Of a stretch of DNA of 49,318 nt, positions 28,913 to 38,546 are shown one piece after another; position 1 is the stretch's first letter, and every line of letters begins with the position of its first letter. Made by a program: the position numbers and the translations under genes. The notes beneath the pieces are model-generated. The model made no database searches. It was not told the origin of the DNA and was given only the letters and a program-made list of their open reading frames with translations. Origin of the DNA: a virus; IMG/VR virus record IMGVR_UViG_3300035137_000063, positions 1-49,318 of that record; one strand, 5' to 3'.

Positions 28913-30529
28913 TCAGGCCAACCGGGCCATCACAGTGACATCGCCGGCCGAGATGCCGACGGCGTCGTTGTTCTTTGTCAGAACCAAGGTCAAGGCGTCC
29001 CCTGGATCCAAGACACGATTCGCCAACGTGGATGACAAGTTCATGCTCGTCGGCGTGCCCTGCGTAATCGCCCCATCCTCACCTGTGTCGCTGTCCCAGG
29101 TGGCGATGCTTGTCGCACCGTTCTTGAGCGCGATCATCCAATGATCCGTCGAATCGCCCACGGTGATGCCGCAGGAGAGCTGCACGCCATCGATGATCAT
29201 GTGTCTACCCGCCGGCGCGGCACCCAGGTTGATTGTGGTAGTCTCCACCAGCGCATCTCCGCCGGCAAGCTCCACCTGGATCATACCCTGCGTGATGTCC
29301 GCGGCCGCGTTATTTTTGGTAAACACCGCGGTCAATGCCGCACCATCCGCAACCACGGCCTCTGAGACCAGATTGAGATCGGTGTAGGTGCCCTGCGTGA
29401 TAGCTCCGTCCACAGCCGTGTCGCTGTCCCAATTGGCGATCTCGGTAGATCCTTGCTTGACGGAGATTGTCCAATGATCGGTCGAGTCACCTACGGTGAT
29501 GCCGCAGGAAAGCTTGACCGCCACGACCTTGGCTACTTCGCCTTCCACACTGGCAGCGATGTTGATTGTGGTTGTCTTGACCATGCCATTGACATCCAAG
29601 TGCATGGTCACGGTACCGGCGGCGCTGAACGCGGCGGCGCTGTTGTTCTTCGTGAACACCACGGTGATGTCATCGTTTGCCGTGATGTCGTTGCCGGTCA
29701 AGTTCATGGACGATGGCGTGCCCTTGGCCAGAGCACCGTCCACACCGGTGTCAGTATCCCATGTGGCCAAGGATGTCGAACCGCTTAAAGCCTCGATCGT
29801 CCAGTGATCAGTCGAGTCCCCTGCGGCCACGGTGGCGTCCAAATAGACAGCCACGAGCTTGGCCGCCACCGCTGGACCAACACCCATCTCCACGGTTGTG
29901 GTGGAACTGATGGTACTCACCTGACCAATATATTCGACACGATCCGGCTCGCCGACCGGCGCCGAGACAAGCACGTTGTCCCCCTCACCGATGCGCTCCA
30001 CCCGCGTGTCCAGATCGAATCCGCCAAACCCCGGCATAATGTGCAACTGAGCGAGACTTCCCTTGGCCGCAGCGCTGCGGAATTTGGCACCCTTGACGTG
30101 CCGCCGCGTGCCACTGTCGTCATCGTTTCCCCAGCCCCCCTTGGTGGTCTGGGTCGGATCTGCCACGCCGTCATCGATGCGTACATAGGCATCATCTCCG
30201 TCGGCCACGGCAGTCTCTGCGGTCACAAGGATATGGCCCTCCTCCAAGATACTTCCGGCATTGTCGGCAGGGATATTCTCCACAGTGTCAGACGCATTGT
30301 TGTAGCAATAGTCGTGCAGAGTCACGCCCCGCAGATCATCTGCCGCGCTGCTGGTCTCGTCAAACAAGCCTGTCCTGCCAGCAGCTACCGCGCTACCACG
30401 CTTGACGCCCAAACCGAAACCGATGCCGGATGCGTTCTCATTGATATAAGATCCCACACGGCGCGGCCCGGTGTCGGCCAGCTGACCATTGATCCCAATC
30501 CCCTGCTCGTCATAGCTCGTTTGCGACAC
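28913..30529 (-). CDS. Capsid decoration/cement-like protein with three ~110-aa tandem C-terminal domains
   Basis: GTG 30529 has GGAGA 6 nt upstream; the ORF-track start at 30568 is a TTG. The motif GDSTDHW...WD(S/T)DT..DGA(I/L).(Q/K)GT...(V)FTKNN occurs three times. Confidence 0.6.
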   Translation of the reverse strand: MSQTSYDEQGIGINGQLADTGPRRVGSYINENASGIGFGLGVKRGSAVAAGRTGLFDETSSAADDLRGVTLHDYCYNNASDTVENIPADNAGSILEEGHILVTAETAVADGDDAYVRIDDGVADPTQTTKGGWGNDDDSGTRRHVKGAKFRSAAAKGSLAQLHIMPGFGGFDLDTRVERIGEGDNVLVSAPVGEPDRVEYIGQVSTISSTTTVEMGVGPAVAAKLVAVYLDATVAAGDSTDHWTIEALSGSTSLATWDTDTGVDGALAKGTPSSMNLTGNDITANDDITVVFTKNNSAAAFSAAGTVTMHLDVNGMVKTTTINIAASVEGEVAKVVAVKLSCGITVGDSTDHWTISVKQGSTEIANWDSDTAVDGAITQGTYTDLNLVSEAVVADGAALTAVFTKNNAAADITQGMIQVELAGGDALVETTTINLGAAPAGRHMIIDGVQLSCGITVGDSTDHWMIALKNGATSIATWDSDTGEDGAITQGTPTSMNLSSTLANRVLDPGDALTLVLTKNNDAVGISAGDVTVMARLA

Positions 30530-30593
30530 TGTCGATCTCCATGCGGCTCCGGGCCGCCAAAAAGTCAATGCCTATGGCCGCCCTGCGACCTTG

Positions 30594-31796
30594 TCAGCTA
30601 CCCGTGTTATGCAGTGGCTTTTGCCAAGCCTCCTGCGTGTCCTTGCGGTATGCCTCCTCGGCATCCTTCGATTCGCTATCACCCTTTACCTTCGGATTGG
30701 CTGCGGCATTCTCCGCTTTGTGCCTGCTCCTCTGGGCATCACTGTCCTGCCTGTCGGCCAATGATACCAAGGCGGCCTCGCAGTAGGTGGATACAAAAGC
30801 CTCGTCCTTGTCGTCCAGCTTGAGATCTGGACTGTGAATGGCAATCACAGCTCTGCGGATCTCATCATCGGATAGGGATCCGATTTCCTTGTTGTCCTTC
30901 TTGAGTTGGTCGGCAAGCAACGGCTCGGCCCTTCTTTCGAGATCGAGACGCGCCTTGACGAGCTCCTGCACATGCTCGGGCTTCTGCGCGTCCTCGCGCG
31001 CCTTCTCGGCCTTGTCGAGATCTTTTTCGGCCACGGCAGCACGGGCCTCGGCTTCGCTCTTGTCCTTGATCAGCTTTTTGCTGTCGGCCTTGAGTGCCGA
31101 GATCTGCTCGTCTCTTTCACCCACGGCCTTGTTCACGGCCTGCGCCAATTGCACATCCTCGGTCTCGAACGTAATGCCGTCGATTGTCAGCTTCATCAGT
31201 TGCTGCCCCTTTTTCCCTGGGTTTCGATCATGCGCATCGCATCTCAACCCTACCATTTCAGCATAGTCCCCATCGGCACTATCAAGATGGATGCGCGCAT
31301 TGCCGGCCCTGCCTCGCACTGTCATGGCAACATGGTTATATCGTATATTGCGCTGTATCACATCGTAACTATCGCCCTTGTAGACACCGGGCGACTTCTC
31401 CGAATCGCACCAATAGCCGCAGGACACCTCACTGCGCCGGCCCTCCTCGGCGTCTTTTATGGCCGACTTGTCCTGCAACTGCAAGGTGGCCACCACATTG
31501 TCGCCATCCGCTTTTGCATCTTGTCCGGTAGTCCCTATCGACAGATGCCTGACATTGTCGATGTCCACCGGATCTTTGGGATGCTCCGAGGTAACAGGCA
31601 CAAGATGCAAGGTAGCAAGACTGTCAGCGGCAAAGACTTCCTCTGGCAGCCTCAGCTCCCTGCGAATGCTGCCATCCTGCTGCAGGTACTGGAACACGCC
31701 AGTGCGCGTCAGCGTGGCAGGCGCCATCAAAAAACCGTTCGGCAACTTCTTTGCCTTCGATCTTGTATAGGATCCCTTGTCGATTCTGAAAGCCAT
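30594..31796 (-). CDS. Prohead scaffold / protease-like protein (DUF2213-like N-terminal half, coiled-coil C-terminal half)
   Basis: ATG 31796 (MAFRIDKGSY...). Segments FQYLQQDGSIRRELRLPEEVF, SCGYWCD and YNHVAMT are followed by a long charged helical region. Confidence 0.65.
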   Translation of the reverse strand: MAFRIDKGSYTRSKAKKLPNGFLMAPATLTRTGVFQYLQQDGSIRRELRLPEEVFAADSLATLHLVPVTSEHPKDPVDIDNVRHLSIGTTGQDAKADGDNVVATLQLQDKSAIKDAEEGRRSEVSCGYWCDSEKSPGVYKGDSYDVIQRNIRYNHVAMTVRGRAGNARIHLDSADGDYAEMVGLRCDAHDRNPGKKGQQLMKLTIDGITFETEDVQLAQAVNKAVGERDEQISALKADSKKLIKDKSEAEARAAVAEKDLDKAEKAREDAQKPEHVQELVKARLDLERRAEPLLADQLKKDNKEIGSLSDDEIRRAVIAIHSPDLKLDDKDEAFVSTYCEAALVSLADRQDSDAQRSRHKAENAAANPKVKGDSESKDAEEAYRKDTQEAWQKPLHNTGS

Positions 31797-31834
31797 GCAC
31801 CTTGACAATAGGCCAAAAAGCAATCGTCATACAA

Positions 31835-31851
31835 GCGGCAAGATTTGCCGC
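31835..31851 (-). terminator. Short hairpin (GCGGCAA-nnn-TTGCCGC) between the MuF-like and scaffold genes, with T-rich sequence downstream on the - strand
   Basis: Read directly. The stem is only 7 bp and the T-run is displaced, so this is a weak call. Confidence 0.25.
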
Positions 31852-31903
31852 ATGCCAGGCGCAGGGACGGCCGCCTAAACGACCCGCCCGACATGCGGCA
31901 GTC

Positions 31904-32746
31904 TCATGCATTCACCCCAGGTATGTAAGGTTCTCCCCAGCACCTGCATTGAACAGGCTCACCAGGATGCCCTCCCTCAGGCGGATTGTCCCAGCTATAC
32001 ACAGCCTCGCGTTCTATCCTATCGCTGTGCAGGCTCCTCGTTCTCTCGTCGTTTATGCCACGCCATGTGTACTGATTGATGCCCAAATCCTTGTGGCGGG
32101 CCTCGACCAACTGCCCGTTGAGCTTGCCGGTCTGATCCCTTGCAATGCGCATGGCACTGCTCTTGGATACTTTGTAGCGATCCATGATGCCGGAGATCAT
32201 CTCCTCGGCTCGGATCCCGGCCCGCCAGTTGCGGAATACCGACTGCTCTATTTCGTCAAAGTATTTCGAGGATATTGTCTTGATGAGCGAGACATTCTCA
32301 ATCGTGAATGTCTGCATGAGCATCTCAAGAGGAGGATCCCCCGCCAACAAATCGATACCCAATATGGCCTTGAACTGTCGGCCAACCTGCAGCCTGTTGT
32401 TCCGCAATACGCTGGCCGCAGCTCCCTCCGCTACAGTCTCCAACGTGCCGCGATCCACGATACGGGCGTACTCCAACCTGAGACCGTCGATGACACGTGA
32501 AAAATCGGACGGTGAATCCAGCCTTGCCGCATCTTGCCTCGACAGGAGAAGACTTCGCATTGCATCCGGCACGTCCCTGTCCACCAGACGCTTGGCCTCC
32601 TCCAGCAACCTGACTATTTCGGAGTAGTAGGAAGCCTGTACGACCTTGGGCACCAGGACACGAGGGGGTCTTTTTCTCCTGCGCCCGCGCCTGGGTGGCA
32701 CATTGCGCAGGGCAATGGCCAGCTGTGTGGCGTGCGATCCCATCAA
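31904..32746 (-). CDS. Minor head / head morphogenesis protein (Mu F / SPP1 gp7-like)
   Basis: 280 aa. Segments RIARDQTGKLNGQL, YTWRGINDERTRSLH and GEPVQCRC. ATGA overlap with the portal gene. Confidence 0.7.
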   Translation of the reverse strand: MMGSHATQLAIALRNVPPRRGRRRKRPPRVLVPKVVQASYYSEIVRLLEEAKRLVDRDVPDAMRSLLLSRQDAARLDSPSDFSRVIDGLRLEYARIVDRGTLETVAEGAAASVLRNNRLQVGRQFKAILGIDLLAGDPPLEMLMQTFTIENVSLIKTISSKYFDEIEQSVFRNWRAGIRAEEMISGIMDRYKVSKSSAMRIARDQTGKLNGQLVEARHKDLGINQYTWRGINDERTRSLHSDRIEREAVYSWDNPPEGGHPGEPVQCRCWGEPYIPGVNA

Positions 32747-34593
32747 CGCCTGGCCTTGGATGCTTCAATGGCGCGCAACTGCTCATTAGCTTCTTTCTTA
32801 GTGTCATGTTCCCCGAGCTTCTTGCCGGCCTCTGAAAACACTATCCATTTGTTACCCACCCTGCGCACGTAGTCTTTATGTAAACCAGAATCGTCCTTGA
32901 TCTCGTCCGGTTCGGGCTCGAGCTCGGGTTCGGGCTTCTGCCCCGGTCGCGCAAAAAGCTGCAGCTGCGCAGGAGGCTCCAGTTGTTCCTCTCTCTCTCC
33001 CACCAGACGCAAGGCCTCCTGTGATCCGAGAAGAAAACCTACCTCCAACACAGCAGCGGCTTGCTCTCTGGTCAGCTCCTTGTTGTTGTAAGATGTGAGC
33101 ACACCAGCCAACGCTTGTACCTGCGCCCCATTGAGTACTGTCTTTTGAATATCTCCTGCTTGTCCTCTGCCGATCCCGGGTTCCGGTACCGGCTCCTGCC
33201 CGGGTTCCGGTACCGGCCCGAGCTCGGGCTCAGGCTCCTGCAACGGTTCGTCTTGTGCCTCCAGCATCTCACTCGTGGCCTCATCCAGCACGGTATTGAG
33301 CGAATAACCGTCACCCCCGTGCCTGGATCTGCGTACTTCCAGCTCAGAGACGACTCCCTTGTCTATCATAAGAGCATCAGCTTCCGCTTGCGTCTTGTGC
33401 AGATCGGCTTGCTCTTTCTCTGACATCTCCTTCAACGGTAATGGATCTACAGACAAGTCATCCGATCTGTAGCCCATGGACATGGCCGTGTATCGAGCTA
33501 GGCGCGTGCCCTGCGGAACGATGCGCGTCTCCTGATCCAACGCAATGCGATCATACCACTGCTGGAGTTGACTGTTGCCGGTGTCACCAATTCCGGGAGT
33601 GGCCTTGCCGAAAAGAACAGACACAGGCATCTCGAGGATACCTGCAAGGTGTTCCATCATGAGCTCCATGACTTGCCCCAACCCGTTTATCGGGGTGGGC
33701 TTGCGCTCAAAATCCTCCGTCTCGGCATCGAGCACGATCATTCTCGCTACGCTTCGGGCCATGTCCATGAGAGCCAAACGCTGCAGCAGATCGTTGCTGC
33801 CGTCCTCGGCCAGAAGCTTGTCCAAATCCTTGCACTTGAATACCGCCTGGGCAAAATCGTTGAGTAGGTGTTCTATGCCACCCCACGCAGTGTCGTGCCC
33901 GCGCAGGCGCTCGAACAATCTTGTCACTAAACCATCGCACCACATGTTTTGCGTGATGCGGCGGCGATTGGGTGTGACCACGCCATCAAAACGCAGGAAC
34001 CTTGTCTCATGTATCGGATCGACTCCCTCGGTTGTGGTATCCACGATCGTGTTGAGCCTGTAGCTGGACGGCATGCCTGCGCTACCAGGCTTCTGCTCGC
34101 TGGTGTAAAATCCTGCGGCATTGACATCATACCTATCCAACACACGCAAATAATCTATGCCTCTTATCGACTCCTCCCTCACCGGCATGTCCATGGTCTG
34201 GCCGTCATCAATGCCCATGAGCACGAGGCCTCCCCCATACAGATAAGCCCATATGTTGGCCTGCTTGAAGGCTTCCTTTGCCCCGAGCCTGTTGATGGCC
34301 TTGAGAATGTCCTTGCCCATGTCGGCATCGTCACCGGTCTTTACCTCAAACCATTTGCGCACCATCTCGGACGACGGGCGATCGCAGGCCCGGGCTACAA
34401 GCCAGCTCCCCCTATACAAGCTGTCTAGATCCGTATAGGCGAATTCCGATGGTGTCTGATAGGATGCGGCCAGGCGCTTGTCCCTGCCCATCTGGCCTAA
34501 TCCAGTAATTGCGTTGAGCCACCCATCCAGTCGTGTCAAAGCTTCGCCAAGCATGCCAGTTTTCTCCTTGCCGCCGTGCGCCGGCGCGCCCAA
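32743..34593 (-). CDS. Portal protein (DUF1073-like) with a long C-terminal extension
   Basis: 616 aa. A likelier start is ATG 34554 (MLGEALTRLDGWLNAITGLG). Lies between the TerL and MuF-like genes. Confidence 0.8.
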   Translation of the reverse strand: MGAPAHGGKEKTGMLGEALTRLDGWLNAITGLGQMGRDKRLAASYQTPSEFAYTDLDSLYRGSWLVARACDRPSSEMVRKWFEVKTGDDADMGKDILKAINRLGAKEAFKQANIWAYLYGGGLVLMGIDDGQTMDMPVREESIRGIDYLRVLDRYDVNAAGFYTSEQKPGSAGMPSSYRLNTIVDTTTEGVDPIHETRFLRFDGVVTPNRRRITQNMWCDGLVTRLFERLRGHDTAWGGIEHLLNDFAQAVFKCKDLDKLLAEDGSNDLLQRLALMDMARSVARMIVLDAETEDFERKPTPINGLGQVMELMMEHLAGILEMPVSVLFGKATPGIGDTGNSQLQQWYDRIALDQETRIVPQGTRLARYTAMSMGYRSDDLSVDPLPLKEMSEKEQADLHKTQAEADALMIDKGVVSELEVRRSRHGGDGYSLNTVLDEATSEMLEAQDEPLQEPEPELGPVPEPGQEPVPEPGIGRGQAGDIQKTVLNGAQVQALAGVLTSYNNKELTREQAAAVLEVGFLLGSQEALRLVGEREEQLEPPAQLQLFARPGQKPEPELEPEPDEIKDDSGLHKDYVRRVGNKWIVFSEAGKKLGEHDTKKEANEQLRAIEASKARR

Positions 34594-36089
34594 TTGAGCA
34601 GCTGCGTGGTCGAGTCTACCTGATCACTGTGCCTGCTGCGCGGAAATGTGCAAATCTCTTGCCTGTACTTGTCAGACCATTCCACCTCGGAAGGGTGCGG
34701 TATGTACACGTTACCGGCCTCGAACAAGGGGGCAGCCGCCTCGCACCGGGACTCTTTGCTCCCTCCGTAGTCCTTCGGGTTGATGGCGATCATGCCGGAT
34801 ATTTCATTCCTAAGCACATTCATGAGAGCGGGCCCATTGGCCTTGTCCTCTACCAAGTGCGCGGTACAATCGGGATACCTGTCGGACAGCTTGCGGTAGT
34901 TGGCCAACGTGGCGACAAATGACATGTGGTCCAGCACCTGATCCAACAAAAAGTAGTTGCCCTTGATCCCGCCCCATACTTGCATAGCCACCAGCGAGTT
35001 TGTGGCCTTGTCCTTGAATGCCAAATCGGAACTCGTAGCCTTCCAGTCGAAGTTCTTGGGTAGCCTGATCTGTTCACACGTAACGGTCTCGCCATCCTCG
35101 AGCACCACCCGCACAGGCGTGGGCACCGTACGTCGCCGGTACCAGAACTTGATCCAGGCGAATTGGATGATGCCTCCGGACAAAGGCACGGGCCGCTGGT
35201 TGTGCTGCCCAGCAAAGTGGTGCTGCAGATTCACCTTCGCCTCCGCTATCTCATCCGGACCGTACAACTCAGGAAACAACAACTCGCCCGGCTCAGTGCG
35301 CCAATCACTGAACCCTATCGATGTTTCGCACCTGTCATCCGGATCGAATTCCGTGGGCAGGCGCAGATGCACATATGGCCTTTTTCTTTGATCATTGACC
35401 TCGAGTATGTGTCCGGAAGGATCCCCTTCGTGCAAGCGCTGCATGACGCCCACGCTCCGAAACGTGCGCGGATTATTGGAGCGCGTCGACATGCGTTTGT
35501 CCCACCAGAATATAGCGGTTTCGAGCTCCTCCTCAGTCGGCATGCGCTTAACGTTGAGCGGATCGTCAAACACGCGCGCGTCACCACGAAAACCCAGACC
35601 CTTGCCGCTGACCGACACAGCCATGTGATATCCACCTGCCGTATTGGCAAACCATGTCTTCGTATTTTGATCAGCCTTGGGCCTCCACCGCGGCCGGAAG
35701 GTTTCCCTATACCAATCGGATGTCACCAAATCACGAAACCGCAACGTGTCCCTAGTGGACAAACCCATGTCATACGAACCATATAGGGCCTGCCATGCGG
35801 GATTGTCCAACCATATCCACGCCTGCCAGAATACACTGACAAGAAGCGACTTCATGTGACCCGGTGGGATATTGATCAACAGGTTGTAGATACGCCCGTC
35901 ATAAACGGCCTCGAGGTGATCGCAGATCGCATCTATGTGTAAACCCCAAACGAGATCTGTACTAGGCTCCAGCACATGCCAGCCCTCACGGACGAAATAC
36001 GACAATTTGCGCCGGGCCAGCTCGGCGTGCACCGCATCCAATGCGGCCGCGGGTATCTGACGTACTCTGTTGGACACCGACAACGTCAT
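34536..36089 (-). CDS. terL: Terminase large subunit
   Basis: 517 aa. Walker A-like IPPGHMKS, a DDP-type Walker B (VFDDPLN), and a C-terminal nuclease-like half. Confidence 0.85.
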   Translation of the reverse strand: MTLSVSNRVRQIPAAALDAVHAELARRKLSYFVREGWHVLEPSTDLVWGLHIDAICDHLEAVYDGRIYNLLINIPPGHMKSLLVSVFWQAWIWLDNPAWQALYGSYDMGLSTRDTLRFRDLVTSDWYRETFRPRWRPKADQNTKTWFANTAGGYHMAVSVSGKGLGFRGDARVFDDPLNVKRMPTEEELETAIFWWDKRMSTRSNNPRTFRSVGVMQRLHEGDPSGHILEVNDQRKRPYVHLRLPTEFDPDDRCETSIGFSDWRTEPGELLFPELYGPDEIAEAKVNLQHHFAGQHNQRPVPLSGGIIQFAWIKFWYRRRTVPTPVRVVLEDGETVTCEQIRLPKNFDWKATSSDLAFKDKATNSLVAMQVWGGIKGNYFLLDQVLDHMSFVATLANYRKLSDRYPDCTAHLVEDKANGPALMNVLRNEISGMIAINPKDYGGSKESRCEAAAPLFEAGNVYIPHPSEVEWSDKYRQEICTFPRSRHSDQVDSTTQLLNWARRRTAARRKLACLAKL

Positions 36090-36712
36090 GACAATTTCTT
36101 GAGCAGCCTGTCCAGCAGCTCGAGCTCGTCCGTCGACATGTCAGAGAGCTTGTCCGGATCCACGGCAGGGATCGATTTGGTTATGTCGGAAGGCTCGCCT
36201 CGAGCTACACGCTCCAGCTTGGAAGCAACCTCAGCCATCTTGGTGATCACGGAAGGCTTCACCACCGACACCCGCTCATATGTCGGATCCATACGCGCCC
36301 TGTACTCCTCCCTTTGGATCTGCTTGATTAAGCAGCTGACCTCATGCGCCACAACCGTCTGCATGCCTATGGCTATGCTTGTCTGACGCTGGGCCATGCG
36401 CACAATTTCATCCATCTCTGCCTTGTCTATCCTGCGCTGTACCTCCGCATCCCAAGCAAGCGCTCTCTTCTCCCAGGCATTGCGCTTGGCCATGCGATCA
36501 GTATCCGTCCTGTCCTTCCCGAGTATGGCCGCCGCACCGGACAAGGATCGGCCATCCATGTCACGATAGACAATGAAGCCCTCCCACGAGTCATGGGGCT
36601 CCTTGGGCTGCCTGTGCCAGGGCTTCAAGTTTGCCTGAACACTCTTCTTGCTGCCCCTGCTGGATTGTCCCTTACCTCGTGCTCCCACAATACAACAACC
36701 TTCCATCCGCAC
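36086..36712 (-). CDS. terS: Terminase small subunit
   Basis: HTH-like segment RSLSGAAAILGKDRTDTDRMAKRNAWEKRALAWD. Possible starts are 36712/36706 (overlapping vsr) or TTG 36628 (TTGA overlap with the vsr stop). Confidence 0.6.
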   Translation of the reverse strand: MRMEGCCIVGARGKGQSSRGSKKSVQANLKPWHRQPKEPHDSWEGFIVYRDMDGRSLSGAAAILGKDRTDTDRMAKRNAWEKRALAWDAEVQRRIDKAEMDEIVRMAQRQTSIAIGMQTVVAHEVSCLIKQIQREEYRARMDPTYERVSVVKPSVITKMAEVASKLERVARGEPSDITKSIPAVDPDKLSDMSTDELELLDRLLKKLS

Positions 36713-37050
36713 ATGCGCAGGCGCTCGATAGCGAGCTTATCGCGCCTCTTGATCCGCACGAGCCTCTGCCGCCAGAACACCGTGTGTGTGTGCGGCTCTC
36801 GGTAGTGATCCGGGCATCCGTGCCAAAAGCACCCATGGACAAATACTGCCACACGCAAGCCGTGCAAGGCAATGTCGGGTGTGCCCGGCAGGCTCCGATC
36901 GTTGCGTACGTAGTCGGTGCCGAGCCTGTCGAGTTCGGCGCACAGCAGGTGCTCTGGCAACGTGTCGTTGCCTTTGATCTTGTGCATCAGCGCCGAATGC
37001 TGCTCAGGCGGGAACTCGTCCACAAACAAGCTCCCACACCACCCATCCAA
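36625..37050 (-). CDS. vsr: Very short patch repair endonuclease
   Basis: Segments HSALMHKIKGNDTLPE, LPGTPDIAL, AVFVHGCFWHGCP, FWRQRLVRIKRRD and GWKVVVLWEHE. The start is TTG 37050 or GTG 37023; both overlap the dcm 3' end. Confidence 0.9.
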   Translation of the reverse strand: MDGWCGSLFVDEFPPEQHSALMHKIKGNDTLPEHLLCAELDRLGTDYVRNDRSLPGTPDIALHGLRVAVFVHGCFWHGCPDHYREPHTHTVFWRQRLVRIKRRDKLAIERLRMCGWKVVVLWEHEVRDNPAGAARRVFRQT

Positions 37051-37843
37051 TTACCTCGGCGCATTGGGGCACAACAGCGTTGCCAAGCGCCCTCAACCGT
37101 TTGTTTCGGTCCACCCAAGCGGCAGGCCCATCAGCCACTCGACAAAGCGCGGGCTCAGGCATCGTGTCCGCTGACCAAGCGCGGTCGGTAACGACACCCC
37201 CCCTTCCTTCCCGTGTGCACTCGGACCATGGAAATCTCTCGCCAGAGGCGTCGGCAATCGTCCCTGTCTCACAAGCGTCTCGAGGCTCGGTCGAGTCTTC
37301 CCTGTCCTTCCGCCCATGCCACCTCGATTGCTCCCGTAATCGCTTGCACTCGGCGTAGGCAATGACAAAGATTCGCCGGCGCAAGTGCGGAGCTCCGACA
37401 TCGCTTGCCGACAACGGGATCGGTAACGCTTGATAACCGAGCTGTTCCAGCCCGGCCACGACCTGATCCACCCACCGCTTCGCTCCGGACACGACGTTTT
37501 CGACCACGACCCATCTTGGTCTGAGCTCGCCAACAATCCGGGCAAACTCAAACCAGAGACCCGAGCGGTCTCCAGCAAGGCCCGCGCCCCTGCCTGCGCT
37601 GGACACATCCTGACAAGGAAACCCTCCGCAAATGAGATCGACCGGTTCGAGATTGTGACTACCGACCTCTTTGACATCGTTGTACCTCTCTGCATCCGGC
37701 CAATACCGCGCCAATATGGATCTGCAAAACGGATCAATTTCAACTTGCCACACGACAGGCCCGAGACCAGCGCGCTCCAAACCCAACTCAAACCCGCCTA
37801 TGCCAGAAAACAAAGAGCCTATCGTGAGCCCTGCTGGTGTCAA
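37004..37843 (-). CDS. dcm: DNA (cytosine-5)-methyltransferase
   Basis: Motif I LFSGIGGF, motif IV GGFPCQDVS, motif VI VVENV, motif VIII HLRRRIF, and C-terminal LGNAVVPQ. Confidence 0.9.
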   Translation of the reverse strand: MTPAGLTIGSLFSGIGGFELGLERAGLGPVVWQVEIDPFCRSILARYWPDAERYNDVKEVGSHNLEPVDLICGGFPCQDVSSAGRGAGLAGDRSGLWFEFARIVGELRPRWVVVENVVSGAKRWVDQVVAGLEQLGYQALPIPLSASDVGAPHLRRRIFVIAYAECKRLREQSRWHGRKDREDSTEPRDACETGTIADASGERFPWSECTREGRGGVVTDRAWSADTMPEPALCRVADGPAAWVDRNKRLRALGNAVVPQCAEVIGWVVWELVCGRVPA

Positions 37844-38190
37844 ATCGATATCCCACGGATGGCGCCTTCAAGCGCCCCCTCCGGAAAGTCCGGCGCCGTG
37901 ACAGGCTGCTCAAACCGCCGCCACCAACACACGATCTCCGAGCACAATTGGGATCCATCATGCAATACCACCTGCAGCATCCGGCCCTCGTCATCCCACC
38001 CGAGATGCACGGCCGCCTCGACTGCCGACGCGCCAGCCAACACCCTGCATGTGGCGTCGTCGACTACCACCGGCATCGGCTGCCCGTCGCGATGCATTCG
38101 GGCGCACATGGCATTGATCAGGGCATTGGTTTGCATATCCTTGTTGAGGCCTTGTACGAGCCAATCCACCTTGGCCTCGATGATTTGCAT
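37840..38190 (-). CDS. ParB-N-like domain protein with a degenerate motif
   Basis: ATG 38190 is preceded by GGAGGAAGGGTG. LINAMCARMHRDGQPMPVVVDDATCRVLAGASAVEAAVHLGW resembles the ParB/Srx fold pattern but lacks the GxxR arginine. ATGA overlap with dcm. Confidence 0.35.
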   Translation of the reverse strand: MQIIEAKVDWLVQGLNKDMQTNALINAMCARMHRDGQPMPVVVDDATCRVLAGASAVEAAVHLGWDDEGRMLQVVLHDGSQLCSEIVCWWRRFEQPVTAPDFPEGALEGAIRGISI

Positions 38191-38252
38191 CACCCTTCCT
38201 CCAGCAGCTCGATGCCTATAGATGAATCGGCAACGACATTGCACCAATAACA

Positions 38253-38546
38253 CTAGCTGCTGACAGCCACTATGGAAGCGACAAACGCAGGCGGAAGCAC
38301 GACTACGGCAACAACCATCAACAAGTACCAACCACAACCGCCCACGGCATCGATGGCCGCCTTCATACAGGATAATTCCGGATCATGCACAACCGTCATG
38401 ACAAAAGCGAACCCCAGCACGAGCACCCACACTATAGAGAACAGCGCAAAAGCTGTTGCCCACACAACCGCGTGCACGGATCTGCAAAAACCTTTGTCAG
38501 TGTCTAAATCGAATAATCCAGGCCGCCGTTGCCGCAACATGCTCAC
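38253..38546 (-). CDS. Small membrane protein (2-3 TM segments)
   Basis: TM segments AVVWATAFALFSIVWVLVLGFAFVMTV and GWYLLMVVAVVVLPPAFVASIVAV. Confidence 0.5.
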   Translation of the reverse strand: MSMLRQRRPGLFDLDTDKGFCRSVHAVVWATAFALFSIVWVLVLGFAFVMTVVHDPELSCMKAAIDAVGGCGWYLLMVVAVVVLPPAFVASIVAVSS

